64,000 bases of DNA from Octopus vulgaris (Eukaryota): the NCBI GenBank assembly GCA_951406725.2, contig OX597816.1, positions 2,232,001 to 2,296,000 of the forward strand, written 5' to 3'. The number at the start of each line of letters is the position of its first letter. Position 1 is the stretch's first letter. The notes below the pieces were generated by a model that worked only from the letters and a program-made list of their open reading frames with translations, was not told where the DNA came from and made no database searches. This document shows positions 38,845-52,100 of the stretch, piece by piece. The position numbers and the translations under genes were made by a program.

Positions 38845-39130
38845 ATATGCTCACATCTCATAGTTTTCTCATCATATATGGTCATAAATGAACAGCACTG
38901 TCATACAAGCAATGTTGTTTGTTTACAGTTTTCTATGAAAATCCTGTCTAGCCAGGGGGAATATTAGCTTGCTTGGAAACAAGTGAAGGTTGGTGACAGA
39001 AAGAGCATCCAGTCATTGAAAACCTGTCTCAGAAGATTCTGTCTGGACCATGCAAGCATGGAAAAGTGGGTGTAAGAGATGATTGTTGTTGTTGTCGTTA
39101 TTATTATTATTATTATTATGATGATGATGT
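38674..39130 (+). mobile_element. SINE family A2 (head shared with A1, RTE-type tail)
   Basis: Head 'gttcagtcccactgcacagcatcttgggtaagtgtcttcta..tagcc...ccaaagccttatgagtagattt', then (GT)n, then tail 'gcatccag...catgcaagcatggaaaagtgg..gt..agatga'. Similar copies at ~37305, 42368 and 32905(-). Confidence 0.75.
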
Positions 39131-40254
39131 GCAAATTAGAAATGGGAATGTTACAATGGCAGCTGATTTAGAATATAGACACTTCTGTGCTGAACTGCTG
39201 TAGTTTGACAGCCTGTATTTCTGTGTTCAAACCCTACCATGATTAACACCACCTTTGCCTCTTTTTTTAAAATCAATAAATGTGTACCTGTAATATACTG
39301 GTGTTGGTATAATCAACTATTACTTATGTCTTGTAAAAGTGGATTTAGCCAGAAGAAATCATTTTACATTTTGTATAAACTGAAATAAACTAATCTCTTA
39401 GAGATTTGCTTTAAAGTTAGATTTTCACTGCAGTCCTGACACCATTAAGTCGTTAAGCTGTCGGGTTTTAAATATTTTATGCCACTAAAATACTTCTTCC
39501 TCTTCATCATATGTGTCTTCAGCTTATTTTCTTTTATGTTTATCATATCCTTCTTCCTCTTATTCTTTTTCATCTTCTTTTTCTTATTAACTACCAATAT
39601 ATTTACTTATAACTAAAAAGAAATCTATAGATTTCTTCAATTGTAGTGAAAAATAAATCAATTTTTAACATTTGAAAGCATGCTTGAAATAGCTTCTATC
39701 TAAACCAGCTAATAATATAGGAACTGACTTGTTTAAGTTTTAGTTTTCCATGAGTAGACTTACCATACCGGAAGAGTGTGTGAATACGAGTATGGTAGAT
39801 TAAAGAAAATCCTGTGAGATTGATTGCTGACAGGTTAGAAAGAAAATAGCAAAAATAGACAAGAAAAATCCTAATGATGTCTTCTTGTCAGTTTTTCTTG
39901 TTGGAAATAACTAAAATAGTGTTGATGGTGTCTGATAAGATTACAGACTGAGATTTATTTGAACATTGGTTTCTAAGTTGGTGGGGTACGGACGATTTGA
40001 TAAGAAAAATATATCAGAACTGAATGAAGAAATGTCATGGTTTGGGAGCGATGAGATAGATGGGGGGGATAGCTGGAAGTTGTAGCAGATCATAGAGTAA
40101 GCCAGCTTTTCATAGTTGGTATTATCAAAATAAAAGATGTTCATTTAAAAGCAGAATGTTAATGATAATAATAGTAATATTAATAATAATAAAATGTAGT
40201 CATTTAATTTGCTTTCTGTGAATGAAATGATTTCAAATTAAATTGCCTAACAAA

Positions 40255-40520
40255 TTTATATATATATATATGAAATACAACGGCAGTTTGTCTGTGAGTG
40301 TTTCTGTGTGTCTGTTTGCTTGTACCTCACCCTGACCACGGCTTATCAACCGATTCTGATGAAACTTGACACACACATAGCCCAATGTCATAATTCAAAA
40401 CTAACGTAGCCAAAATTTTGAAAAGTTTCCCCAGTTCTGAAAAAAATCGATATAACTCTCTAAAAATGCTTTATAGTTATTTCCCTTACAAACCTGAGCA
40501 ACGCCGGGCGATACTGCTAG
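40255..40520 (+). mobile_element. Non-autonomous Helitron
   Basis: The 3' GC-rich hairpin CCTGAGCAACGCCGGG (40493-40508) is followed by CTAG|T (40517-40521). The 5' end has a TA-rich start, a (GTCT/GTTT)-type microsatellite and the 'accgattctgatgaaacttg' motif typical of small Helitrons. Confidence 0.8.
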
Positions 40521-40826
40521 TATGAAATACAAATAAGAAAATGGAGAAATAAATTTAGTTCGTCAACTTTCGGATATTAGAATGTTGGATTATTTATTCA
40601 TTTAACAGAATGAGAACCTTAATAGAATACATATATATCTTATAATTCAATACATATAAGATAAGAATACAAATTATAAAAATCATAATATAAATTATTG
40701 AAATCATTAAAATCACTTCTTACAGCTGTTTCAGCCTATGGTTTAAAGCAGTTATTTTTATTGCCTACAGCTGTCAATACATTGAGGTTATATATATATA
40801 TATATATATATATATAAGTAAATAAA

Positions 40827-40925
40827 GTTGGAAGAGGCACAAAAGTATATTTTGGAGAATGTTTAATATCTTTGTTACAAAAATATTAAATGCTCTCTAA
40901 AATATACTATTGTGCCTTTTTTAAC
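40827..40925. repeat. ~100-bp imperfect palindrome
   Basis: gttggaagaggcacaaaagtatattttggagaatgtttaatatctttgt-t-acaaaaatattaaatgctctctaaaatatactattgtgccttttttaac; ~49-bp arms. Confidence 0.85.
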
Positions 40926-41869
40926 CATAATTTTTAATTTGTATGGACTCTTAACCCCTTTTTAACTATATGTATATAGTGTCCTGTATGCATTAGAGAT
41001 AGATAAGTATTTTAATTTACTGTCAAAGATATAATATATTGGGGAAAGTATAACTTTTAATAATGAGCTCATCATACAAAAAAGACGTATTTTAGTGTTA
41101 TATAATTTATTAAGAAACAGAACTTAAAAGCAGGAGGAAGTGACACAGTCACTCACAAATGTAGGCAAGCAATCAAAAAGACGTAATGCAATTTATTCTC
41201 TAAAAGAATGAGAAATTCTGAGAATGAATTGAGAAATACTTTTTTTTAAATTCTTAATTTCCTTCTTCAGAATGTTTCTTTCAGTGAACAATCACTTGGT
41301 CATGTCTTACCTCAAACTCTTCACAAGAACTTCACAGTAATGTTAGGTTATGTTTTAGTTCGTTGTTTAATAATTGATACCATTATTTGCAACACTTCTT
41401 GAATGAGTTATGAATTTAAATCTTCATGATTTTTAACGATTGAATAAAGGTACAAGTAATTATTCTCTTATTTAGGTTCCAGTTAATTATTAATCTAGGT
41501 ATTGAACATCTGATTTTTACTTACAAACTCTTATTTTCCCTGGTCTACTTAAACCTGTCCCCTTTTATTTTTCACTTCAACCTCTCTACTGCATTTAGCA
41601 ACATGAAATATTTTGGGGAACATTTTATATTATTAAGGACTTAAATTTATATATCCATTCATTTTCAATACTGTTTTGCAGATTCAAATGTGAATATACT
41701 AATCATATTGCTAGATGATGTGTTCACAATATACCTGAGTTATTGATCAAGAGCTTTTTAAGATGCAGTATTTCTTCAGTCAAAGCTAACCCCCAGGTCA
41801 AAGAACCTAAACTCTTGATTATAGAAATCAGCAAACATTGATTATTGCTCTTCTATGAGCACCTAATGG

Positions 41870-42102
41870 TTTATTATCATTCTGGCAGAAATCAACATGT
41901 ATCACTGAATAATTCATTTCTGTGGGGGTGGCTTTGACTGAAGAGAGACACAATGAGGTCAAAACACCACAGTATCTCAGAGTCTCCTTTTCTCAATGAC
42001 TTGGGGTGTGTTGTAAACACTCTTCATCTAAAGGGAGGAGATGTTCTTCAAAGATGGTTTGTAGATTCATGTTCAAATCTGGCAGAAAGTATTTTAAATG
42101 AT
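41870..42102 (+). repeat. Low-copy diverged repeat, copy 3 of 3
   Basis: 'gctttgactgaagagagacacaat', 'tcaaaacac', 'ttgtaaacac' and 'caaagatg' occur in the same order as in the 12.5 and 13.2 kb copies. Confidence 0.55.
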
Positions 42103-43039
42103 TAATACGTATATACCATTGTTTTGATTATTGCTGTTCTGCAGGCATCGAATGATTTATTAATGAAATTTACTGTAAAGAGAAACTGTATCAGGTGAAT
42201 GGATCAAAATTTATGGAAACTCAAAGCAAAAGACCTGTTGTAAATTGCCTCAAAAGTAGAATAGATCCATAAAAGCAGTGGTAGAAAATAGCTCTGATAA
42301 TATGGGACAAATAAATCCATGCATGAATGATTCCAAAATAAATGACAGTTTTAATTAATCAAAGGTACAGGCTTGGTTATGGGGTTAAGAGGTTTGCTTC
42401 AGAATCACCTGGTTTAGAGGTTCATTCCCACTGTGTGCATCCTGTCAGCTATGGTATTTGCTATTGCAGGTGGACCTTCTCAATGAAATCTGTTAGATGG
42501 AAACTGGAAGAAGCTCATTTTGTGTGTGTGTGTGAGACAGTATTTATGCTCCTTGACCTGTGCAGGCTGATTGTGAACAGTCACCATTTATACAAACAGT
42601 GTCTTCTGTTTACAATCATCCTCAGTGAATGCATGTCCAGGTTGTTCATTGTTCCACAGTCATGGGGAAAATATTGTTTCCTTGCTTTGAGACAGGTGAA
42701 AATTAACATCAGGACAAAACGTCTGGCTATGGAAGCAACTGGCTCAACAAGGTGTTGTCTGATCTATGTAAACATGCAATAGTAGACATTAAAACAGTGA
42801 TGACAATGATGGTGGTGGCATTGATTGGTGTGTATAGTATAAAAACAGATGTGTAGTCTTCTGAGGACTTCAAGTGAACTGCTTTAAAAAAAAAAGGATG
42901 ATTTTTAACAAACCAGCTGATCTATTCTGCTTAGTCTCTGTAGCTTGTACATTTTAATAATTGATTAGTGTAAAAAGTTTTGTAAAATTACCTTCTGCTA
43001 ATTGGAACTAGAAGACCATAAAGATTATTCTACTTCTTT

Positions 43040-43700
43040 ATATTAATTTGCACATCCAAATTAACCTGGAGTTGTTGCTTTAAATGTCATAAGCTGCTGT
43101 AATTGTCCTGAGAAATTATCTTGTATAGATATTAAGCGCTAAAAAGCATGGATGAAATTTGGTCAGCATCAGCAGATGGGACTATTGCATCACATGATTC
43201 TTATATAATTTGCACTTGCTCGGCAACAGGTACCCTGTTGCCAAATGACAGATAGAAATTCTGTCAAATCGATATAGTTTAACCCTTGCTAAAAAATCAG
43301 TTAGGTGGCAAAAGCTGGCAGGCTGTGTATAAATTAGCAATTAGTGACTGAAACAGCCTTTGTAACAAATTAATTTGCTGTAAGTTGAGGCAATCATCTC
43401 ATATAGACATTAAGTGCTTAAAAGCACAGGTTTCATTGGCAGGTGAAATTTCATCAGCACCAACAGCTGGGGCTGTTGTATCACATGAGTTCAGCGTAAT
43501 TTATGCTTCCTCAGCAACAGGCACCTTACCATTTCTGCCAATATAATCTATGCTTTTTAGCACTTAACATTTATATGAGATAATTTCTCAAGGTGATTAT
43601 CATAGCGTATGGCATTTAAAACAACACATCCAAGTTAATTTGGATATGCAAATTAATATTCGTTACAAAAACTGCTTCCGTCACTAATAACTAATTTACT
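43040..43700. repeat. Composite direct + inverted repeat array (probable MITE cluster)
   Basis: 43040-43153 is inverted at 43546-43659; ~43110-43230 is directly repeated at ~43393-43525; ~43330-43378 is inverted at ~43648-43698; perfect hairpin GGCAACAGG-tac-CCTGTTGCC at 43222-43242. Confidence 0.8.
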
Positions 43701-46341
43701 CGTTCATATTTTGGATTTTGTTGCTTGGTGCAGAAACTTGAGATATTTTCTGAAATTGTTGGCATGTAAGGTTTTATTGGAAAAAATGTTAACTGATCAG
43801 CTACAAAGTAGTGGTAGAACCTTGTTTCAACAATATTGATCATAAACAGTAAATCCTGTCATGTCTCTACTGAATCGGTTTACTAGGTTTTTGCACTTCA
43901 TCGTTATCATTTGTCTGTCTGTCTGTCTTCCATACTGGCATGGGTTGGACAGTTTGACAGGGTCTGACAAGGTGGACTGAAGAACTACATCCATACTTCA
44001 GCATGGTTTCTAAGGCTGAATTACCCTTTCTTACTACAACCACTTACAGTGTGTGCTTGGTGCCTTTTTTTGTGGAACCAGCACATTGATTGCCTTTAAA
44101 AAAATTGATACATCAAAAAATCATTTTGTAAGGTTTGAACTTAATGTTAGTACTACAGCACTCTAAACAGTTTTACACCCAACACACGCACACACACGCA
44201 CACACATGCACACACACACACATGCACACACTGTCAGATGTGTTTACATGCCAAGTGTATAGATGCCTGCTTCTCTTAACACAACTTAGATCCAGTGACT
44301 GCACTGGTATCTTCTGACATCATACCTAACCCCATTCGCTCCCTAAACCTTTCCCAAAACTTCCTTGACACAACCATACACCTCCGGATACTCGCATCTC
44401 TTGCATGGTTTTCCTTCACTACTCTCTCGAAATACTTTAAACTGATCAACTCCTCTTCCATTGCTCAGTCATTCCTGTTTCCCCATCCTTGCAAAGCCTA
44501 TCTATCTACATCTAGTGTGTGTGTGTGTGTGTGTGTGTGTACAATGATCTCATGCATACATACATTCTTGTATCAATGATAATTAGCTTCTAAATCCATG
44601 CCAAAAAGAAAATCTTTCTTGATAATAATTTAATATATTTTTGTTTTATTTTTTATTTATAGTTTTTACTCCAGTTTTATTTCATGTGTTTTAGAATGTA
44701 TGTGTGTGTGTATACACACACATGCACACACACACACGCACACACACATGCGCATGCACACACACACACACTATTGCATTCTTTACAATAAGTGATTCTT
44801 GGATAGCAACCCATTGGTGGACATGAGATATCCCAACAAACCTAACTTCCAATCTTATCTAAATCTTTAGGAAAGAGAGAAAAGAGCAAAACAGAGGGAG
44901 GCAGGATGTGGTGGTGGTGGTGGTGGTGGTGGTGGTGGCGGAGCATTTAGAAGATTTATGTTTCAGGCAACTCTCACGCATGAGTCAAAATTAAATATAT
45001 TCCTTTTCATTTGAATTATGCTGACACCCTAAAATGATATTTAGTTGTTTTTGGAGAGAACCAACAGCGTCTACTAGTGTCAGTAAATTTTGAAATATTG
45101 TTCTATTGGCTGAGTGGTTAAGGAGCAGTGTTACCGACTAGACACCGCCCTCATAGCCAGGCTCTCTTTCTCTTGTATATTGTTTTGTGACGCTTTGCTT
45201 ATTGTCAGCTTAGCTAAAAATAGCAACTACACCTATCCACTGTTTTGAGTAGTTGCTATTACAAGAATCATATTGCAAAACAACTGACTCAAGAATTTCT
45301 GCCAACATTAGAAATTGCACTTTAACCCTTTTGATACCAGCCTGCCTGATTCTGCCTCTGATTCTATGATACAAACTTCCAGTTTTTGATATGAAATTAA
45401 AACATTCTGTCAAAATTTCAGGTTAATTTATCTTCTAAAAACCAGCTTTAATGCTTGGCTTTCTTTAGATAAAACAATGATTAACTGTTTCATAGAAAGT
45501 AGCACTTTAAATAGATTTCAAACTGAAAAGCAATTTCAATTTTTGAATTCTACCCTGATTGATAAAAAAAAAAAGAAATTGAAACAAACCAGGAGATAAA
45601 ATTGTATAATTTTTAGTAAGGATAATTAAATGTAGAGGTGCAGGCATGGTTGTGTGGTAAAGTTTGCTTCCCAACTACATGGGTTTGGGTTCAGTTCTGC
45701 TACAAAGAACGTTGGGTAAGTATAACCATGAGCCAATAAGCCAATCAAAACCATGTAAGTTGAGTTGGAAAATGGAAGCTGCAGTAAAATTAATACGCTA
45801 CCAGGAATTTACCTGTCGTTATACTGACTGTAAAAATATTTGTTAATTGTGTATGTATCTTCATAAATTATTCAAATAACGTTCAGATTGACTTTCTTAG
45901 TGACGATTAACGACGATTTTGGTACTGCTAAGCATCAACATTTATTTAAGATACCTTTTTTTTCATATTCTATAGAATAAGTATATTCATTGAATAATAC
46001 CGCATGATAAATAACATTCCTTTTCAAAGTTCTCTCTCTCCGTCATCTTGTCCCTTCTTGGCTGTGCTGCCAAACTCTGGCTTGGCTTGTGTAGATGTGC
46101 TGGTTTTCAGAGTTTCCCCACTCTGCTGTTATCAGCATAAAATTGTCCAGGTATGAACACTGGATCAGGTAAATATAATTAAAATTCCCTAACCCATGTT
46201 TTTAAACAAATCTTGCTAGTTACTGTAGTGACAACACTACTCCCCCTCTCTCCCTCTCTCACACACACATGCACACAAGCACATACACACAAGCACACAC
46301 ACACACACACACACACACTCTCCCTCTCTCACACACACTCA

Positions 46342-46384
<43 letters not shown>

Positions 46385-46965
46385 AGTCATTCTCTCTCTC
46401 TCAACAACCTTTTCCCTTCCCTTTCTTCCCTCCTCCTACATATATGTGGTGACACACAGACAGAGATAAGCTTCTCCATAGCTTTGGACTGACCAGGGCC
46501 TGAAACCATGCGGTTGGGAAGTGAACCCTTTAACCTCTCATAACAAATAAAAAGAAAATAAGGAGGAAAGAATGTGTTAAGAATCTTTTAAATACAATTA
46601 CGGTGCCATAATGTAATGTTGTAAAAAGATATTTCTTGATGCTGTCTGTAAGCAGGTAATTGGGTACTTGGCAAGTAAAGAGTTAAGGTTTCAAATAGAA
46701 GATGGTCTGTACTCATTAGTGTTACGTAATATCAAGAAAGCTAAGATACTTAGACAGGTATCCATTTCAGGTGTCTTCTTCTGAGCACTAAGCTTCTGCT
46801 TAGGTGTTAGTTCTCTGCTTAGAAAGCTGGAGAACAGATAGCACTTCTTTGAACTGATGAGGTTGTGCAGTGCAGTGCCAAAACACACAGCTAGTGTATC
46901 AACTTGGTCTTAGTTCCACTGAAAGTGAAATGGATGCTGTGTGGAATATGTGCTGTTTATTTTAA

Positions 46966-47189
46966 CCCTTTTGATGCCAACACATCCAAGAATACCCTTG
47001 CTTCTAAGCTACATATCTCATGTTTTATATTATCTGAATTAAAACCATTTTTCGGAATTTTACGTTACTTTCTGTTCCAAATCTCAGTTTACTGATGAAT
47101 AAGTCATTTTCGGAACCAATTGAAATGGTCATTCTATTTCGGAACTGAAACGGTCAATGTATTTTAACAGAAATGGGATAACGAAAAGG
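46966..47189 (+). mobile_element. piggyBac-type MITE family 2, decayed
   Basis: TTAA-CCCTTTTGATGCCA...GATAACGAAAAGG-TTAA (TTAA at 46962-65 and 47190-93). Confidence 0.7.
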
Positions 47190-50077
47190 TTAAGTGTTAT
47201 ATTAGTTAGTGACCATCAAACAACATTTTATACACAAGAAATTGCAGAGATGAAAAGTAATTTAAATCCAGTCTTAATTTTTTTTGGTTTGAGTTAGTCA
47301 GAGGAGGAGTGGCAATAGCCATGCCCCCTTTTTCAGACCTTCAAGACTTATGGGAGCTAAGGAAGAAATTATTTTCAGACCACAATCTTGGCTAAATGGA
47401 TATAACAGAGTGGACTGTAGTAAAGCTATCAAGGCCTGATGGTGATATTAATCTGGGTAACAGATTAAGTTTACCGCCCATGGATAGGAACAGCCTCTAT
47501 GATGGGCTGTCATACATTTTTCATCTACTAAATTTCACTTATAAGGCTTTGGTCGGACCTGAATGTGCAGTAGGATTGAACCTGAAACCATCTAGTTTGC
47601 AAAACAATGTTCTTAACCACACAACCAACCATACCTACTCCTTTAAAATCATTTTGGTGGTGGTAGGGAAACATTTTTATGTTGTTTCAGTCCAGGTGAG
47701 TCCTGATTGAGTAAATCTGTAATCAAAGGTATTCCAACCATGACAATCTCGTCTTCCTTTTGGGCAGTGTACACCAGGACCACATTTAATGCCTTTCCCC
47801 TTTAAATAGTAAGGTATGCTGAAGGAAGAGGTGGTGCTTGGCTGCTATTTTTAGCATGTTGAAAGGTCATGTAGTGTTTAATTTTTTTTTTGTGTACTTG
47901 AGTTCTAATGGAAGTTAAAATTTAAGAAAGAATGCCTTGTGGTATTTGTTCTGCCTCCTTAGATTCTGGTTTCAAATTTTGCTGAGGTCAACTTTGTTTT
48001 TTGTACTTCTAGGGTCAATAAAATAAAATGCCAGTCAAGAACTGTGGCTGTTGGTATTGACTAAGACTCTATTGTCAATTTTAGGTCTTCTACCTCTGCT
48101 AGAAACAGTACTTATTAATCTAGTCACATTTCTTTTACATTTTGAGTTCAAACTCTATCGAGGTTAGCTTTTGCTGCACATCTTACCAAAATTGATAACA
48201 TATGCATCAGTTCTGTGCTAGATTCAAAATTTCTGGTCTTGTCTCTAAGGTAGAGTTAATCAGATTGTTATTAATTACACTATGATCCATTATCTGTTTG
48301 ATGGTGATAGTTCGATTAAGGATGCCTGCCTTGGTAGTTTCACAGTTTTTAGCATAATTTATTTAGGTCTGTAACAACTCTAGGATCTTGACTTCAAACA
48401 TTATTTCTATTTTAGCCATTGTGTTATGTCTCCATACAAGGTACATTACTCTACTTTCATCACCATGCCTGACTGAAAATAGGAATCAATTTCATGGTTG
48501 AATGGTTAGTGGTGGAAAAACCGTCCAGCTGTAAAACAGTTGCTCTTATTAACTGTATTCCAAGTTTGCCAAAACCATTTGTCTTGTGCTGGTGTTTGTA
48601 TGATTACAAAAATCAATAATAAGTATAATACTTACACTGGCATGGAGATTCAGCTTTACAGAGAGAATAGAATGGTTAGAACATTCCGAAAAAGGTATTC
48701 TGGGAATAATGTCTAAAATATTATCGTAATGATTACTTTTGACTTAAGACCAATGACATGGTAAAGAGGGGGCTATATAATATAACTGATCCCCCTTTCT
48801 CTTTTTCTTTTTTTGTGGTGGGGTCTGTTACTTACTATCTTCTGTAAGGGAAAGGACAAGCTCTAGAGATTTTATTTGCCAGGTGTTGTAGGATCAAAAA
48901 GTAATATCATTACTGGAGCCCTCCTGGTATTTGATTAATATCTGGACCCTGTAACCATCAACTGGATCCTTTAAAAAAATGCATCACTATCTATTCCAAT
49001 TTTCTGTCATTGGTGTCACTTAAGTTCTTATACATTTATAAAGCCAGCAGTTTCAAAGTGGTTGGGTGTGAAGAAAGGGGGAAATAGCATCCATGTTTTT
49101 TCTCCAGGCGTGATAATGGTGTAAGTGAAGAAGTCCCCAACTTTGAAATGAAACAAGTTCTTTGTTCCCAAAGAACTTGGTCTTTACATCTCTTGTCAGA
49201 TCCTGATGATGATAATGATTCTTTTTTATTTTTCTAAGATTTAAGTCACAAAACTATTTTGTTTTATTTAGTAGACGCAAGAAAGAGGTGTTGAATTTTT
49301 TACTCAAAGAGAAATTGAACATTTTTTCACATCAGCCTAAAATCACAGTTTTATGTATATAGAATGATAGAAATGGATTATTGAAATGCTTGGACTGTGT
49401 CCAGTATCCTTAATTAAACAACTGAAGTAGAAGTTGTAAGTCGAAACAATAACCTAGTGGCTGACTTGCTTCACGAACAGCTTAAGTTTGCAGGATAATG
49501 ACCACCACCACTACCACCACCTCTCTGATAATAATAATACTAATTTTTCACTTACACTCAAAGGAGGGGTGTAGTGGGTTCGGTGAGTTGCAGTACATGA
49601 CTGTCATTTAGAAACCCTATTCTAAAGGAATTTAAACACATTATCAAGGGACTTCTTGAAAAGCCATGAACATTTTACTGATTCCACCAACTAGTACCCT
49701 AATAATAATAATAAGAAGAAGAAGAAGAAGAATCATTTAGTGTCCATTTTCCATGCTATCATGGCTAAGAGAATTTCACTGGAACTGGTAAGCTGGAGAG
49801 TTGCACTGGGTTCCACTCTGCTTTGGCTTGTTTTCTCAAGCTTGATCCCCCCCCCCCCCACAACACCAACCGCTCCAGGGTGTGGCTCTGTGAATAATGA
49901 TTTCTCATACAGACATAGGACTATAATTTTTAGAATTAGATGAGGTTGGTTTTATTGTTGCATCATGGATGTTGCATTTTATTGATCCACCAAAGTTGTT
50001 GGCCATGGTAGGATTTGAACTCTAAACATAAAGGATTGCAGTTAAATACTTCAGGTCTCTACTGATTCTGCCAGTGC

Positions 50078-50199
<122 letters not shown>

Positions 50200-52100
50200 T
50201 TCTTTTTATTTGCCACCAGGATGACAGATGAGGGAGACATACAAAAAATGGTTATAAATTGTAGGGTATGCATAGAATAAAATGATATTTAAAAAAAAAT
50301 GTAATACATCAGTAAAAAGACTAAAGTGGAAATGGTCTGATCCTCCTAATACAGTAGGACCTCTAGGGCCAATCAAGGAACCCTATCATATAAGACTACC
50401 CTGAACACCAAAGGCAAGTGTCCTCTCCAGTTCTTGTTCTCCTACTCACAGGCCTATACTTGAGTGGCACCATCTACTCTTGCCATTTTTGCCACTTTCA
50501 CCCACCTTTCAGTAGATTTGCTTGGGGCAACACCTCTCTCACTTTGCTTTACAAGTTAAACTTGAAAGAAAATTGAGAGCACCACCAAAGTGATTTGTCA
50601 CTGTCCTCCTACCTTCCAGCCTCCTTAACCAGACAGCCTCTTTCACAATATCCACCAGACAAAGGAAGACTGCCTTACCTGGCTAGTTAAAGGTGAGTGG
50701 AGTGGGGCAGTCTTTTCTATGTATTTGGCTAATAGAGAGTTCTGTCCCACATGCAACAGCAGCTGGTCAACATGACTCAGTCAGTCAGTAATGCCCAGAC
50801 ACTGACTGAGTGCATGCAGAACGGTTTCTTTCCTCCGCATCTCATACAGATTTGTCTGACAGTACATCTGTGCCTGTAGAGTTTATCTTGAACCAATAAT
50901 GCCCCCCAGTAGCACTGGCCAAGGACTTCTGGAAGTTAGGGACTCCATGGTAGTCCCTAACTAGAAAGTCCTCCAGAACAGACAAGACAGTTCATTTTTG
51001 ACAATGCCCAAGTCTCCCCAAGGGTATCATGATACTTCCCTGCCACTGATCCTGTATATATTGCTAAAATGGGACATCCACCGACCCCATTGCCCAACTA
51101 GTCTGTGAGTACCTAACAATGCTCTAGGTGCCAGGCACCCAGTCTTGGTCTTTCCTTCACCCAGGACTACAGCTCCATCAGTGCAACTTGCCTCATAAAT
51201 AGAACTCACAGATGTTCACTATCTAGAAATCATTGCAGGTGGTACAACTCAGTGTTGTCTGCACATCAGCAGTCATAAGGGGTGCTGCTACATAAGGGGT
51301 GCTGGCAATAGACTGGCCACCCGACTATTGGAATACATGTCTTCTACAAGAAAATAAATAACAGACGTTCTGGTGTCCTGCATGCCAGTCAGGTAATAAA
51401 TAATGGAAGTAACGTAGGCATTTGCCACCTTCACCTGGTCTTTCAGGGACAGCTTCCTCTTTGCCCATTTCTGAGTAAGACTGGCCACCCTGATTGTCCT
51501 TTTGACCCAGTTCTTATCCACTTGGAGATTAGGATCAAACCAGACTCTGAGCAGTTTAACTGGTCCATCAATTCAGCATCCAATAACAGTCTAATGGCAC
51601 CATTCTACGTCTCCAGATGCCAAGCTGTAAGCATACTGACTTGTCATATTCCTTTACGATTGTGCCAACCATCTCCACTTCGGAGGCACTTGACACCATG
51701 ATGGTGATGTTGGCCGCATACACTGACACAGCCCTCCTGGATGCCACTTTGAATGTTGTGCCTCTCAACTGTTCCAACTCTTGCAGCAGTGACTCAAGAG
51801 CCGACATGTACAGAGCAGCTGAGAGGGAGAAGCCCGGATGGATCAAGCATGCAATGGTTCCAATAGGTGACTGTTTACTTTGACTACCAAGTAGGTATTG
51901 CTGCACATTGCAGCAATTCAACCCCTGAGAACTGGTCAGAACCCAGCTGATTTCAGGACAGCTTCCTAGTATGGATGTGGTTATCCCTACTGAATGTTTT
52001 AGACTAATTCAAACTGACCAGAACCCCTCAGAAGCCAGCTTTCATCCCAGCCTTCTGTATATTGTGCGTGGTGGAGGTTGTTACGAATAGACACCAACTA
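50200..52100 (-). mobile_element. 5'-truncated L1/Tx1-clade LINE remnant (RT domain to C-terminal zinc knuckle)
   Basis: Minus-strand fragments SIRNNLH, LVSLN*SKTFSR (SLD.SKAFDR), PGFSLSAALYMSALESLL (QGCPLSP.LY..ALEPLL), SVYAANITI (YADD site), KWAKRKLSLKDQVKVAN and CMRC...ETVLHALSQC (CCHC); many stops and frameshifts. Confidence 0.85.

Noticed and set aside
40356-40370. CTGATGAAAC motif
   Set aside because: Part of the Helitron 'accgattctgatgaaacttg' motif, with no room for stem II.
40705-40790. Minus-strand GAAACAGCTGTA (hammerhead 3' half with palindromic stem III)
   Set aside because: No CUGANGA upstream; at most a fragment, so not called as a ribozyme.
47672-47702. Apparent 5-nt microexon (tttcAG|TCCAG|GTGAGT)
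   Set aside because: It lies at the end of an interspersed repeat whose other copies have similar sequence; probably chance.
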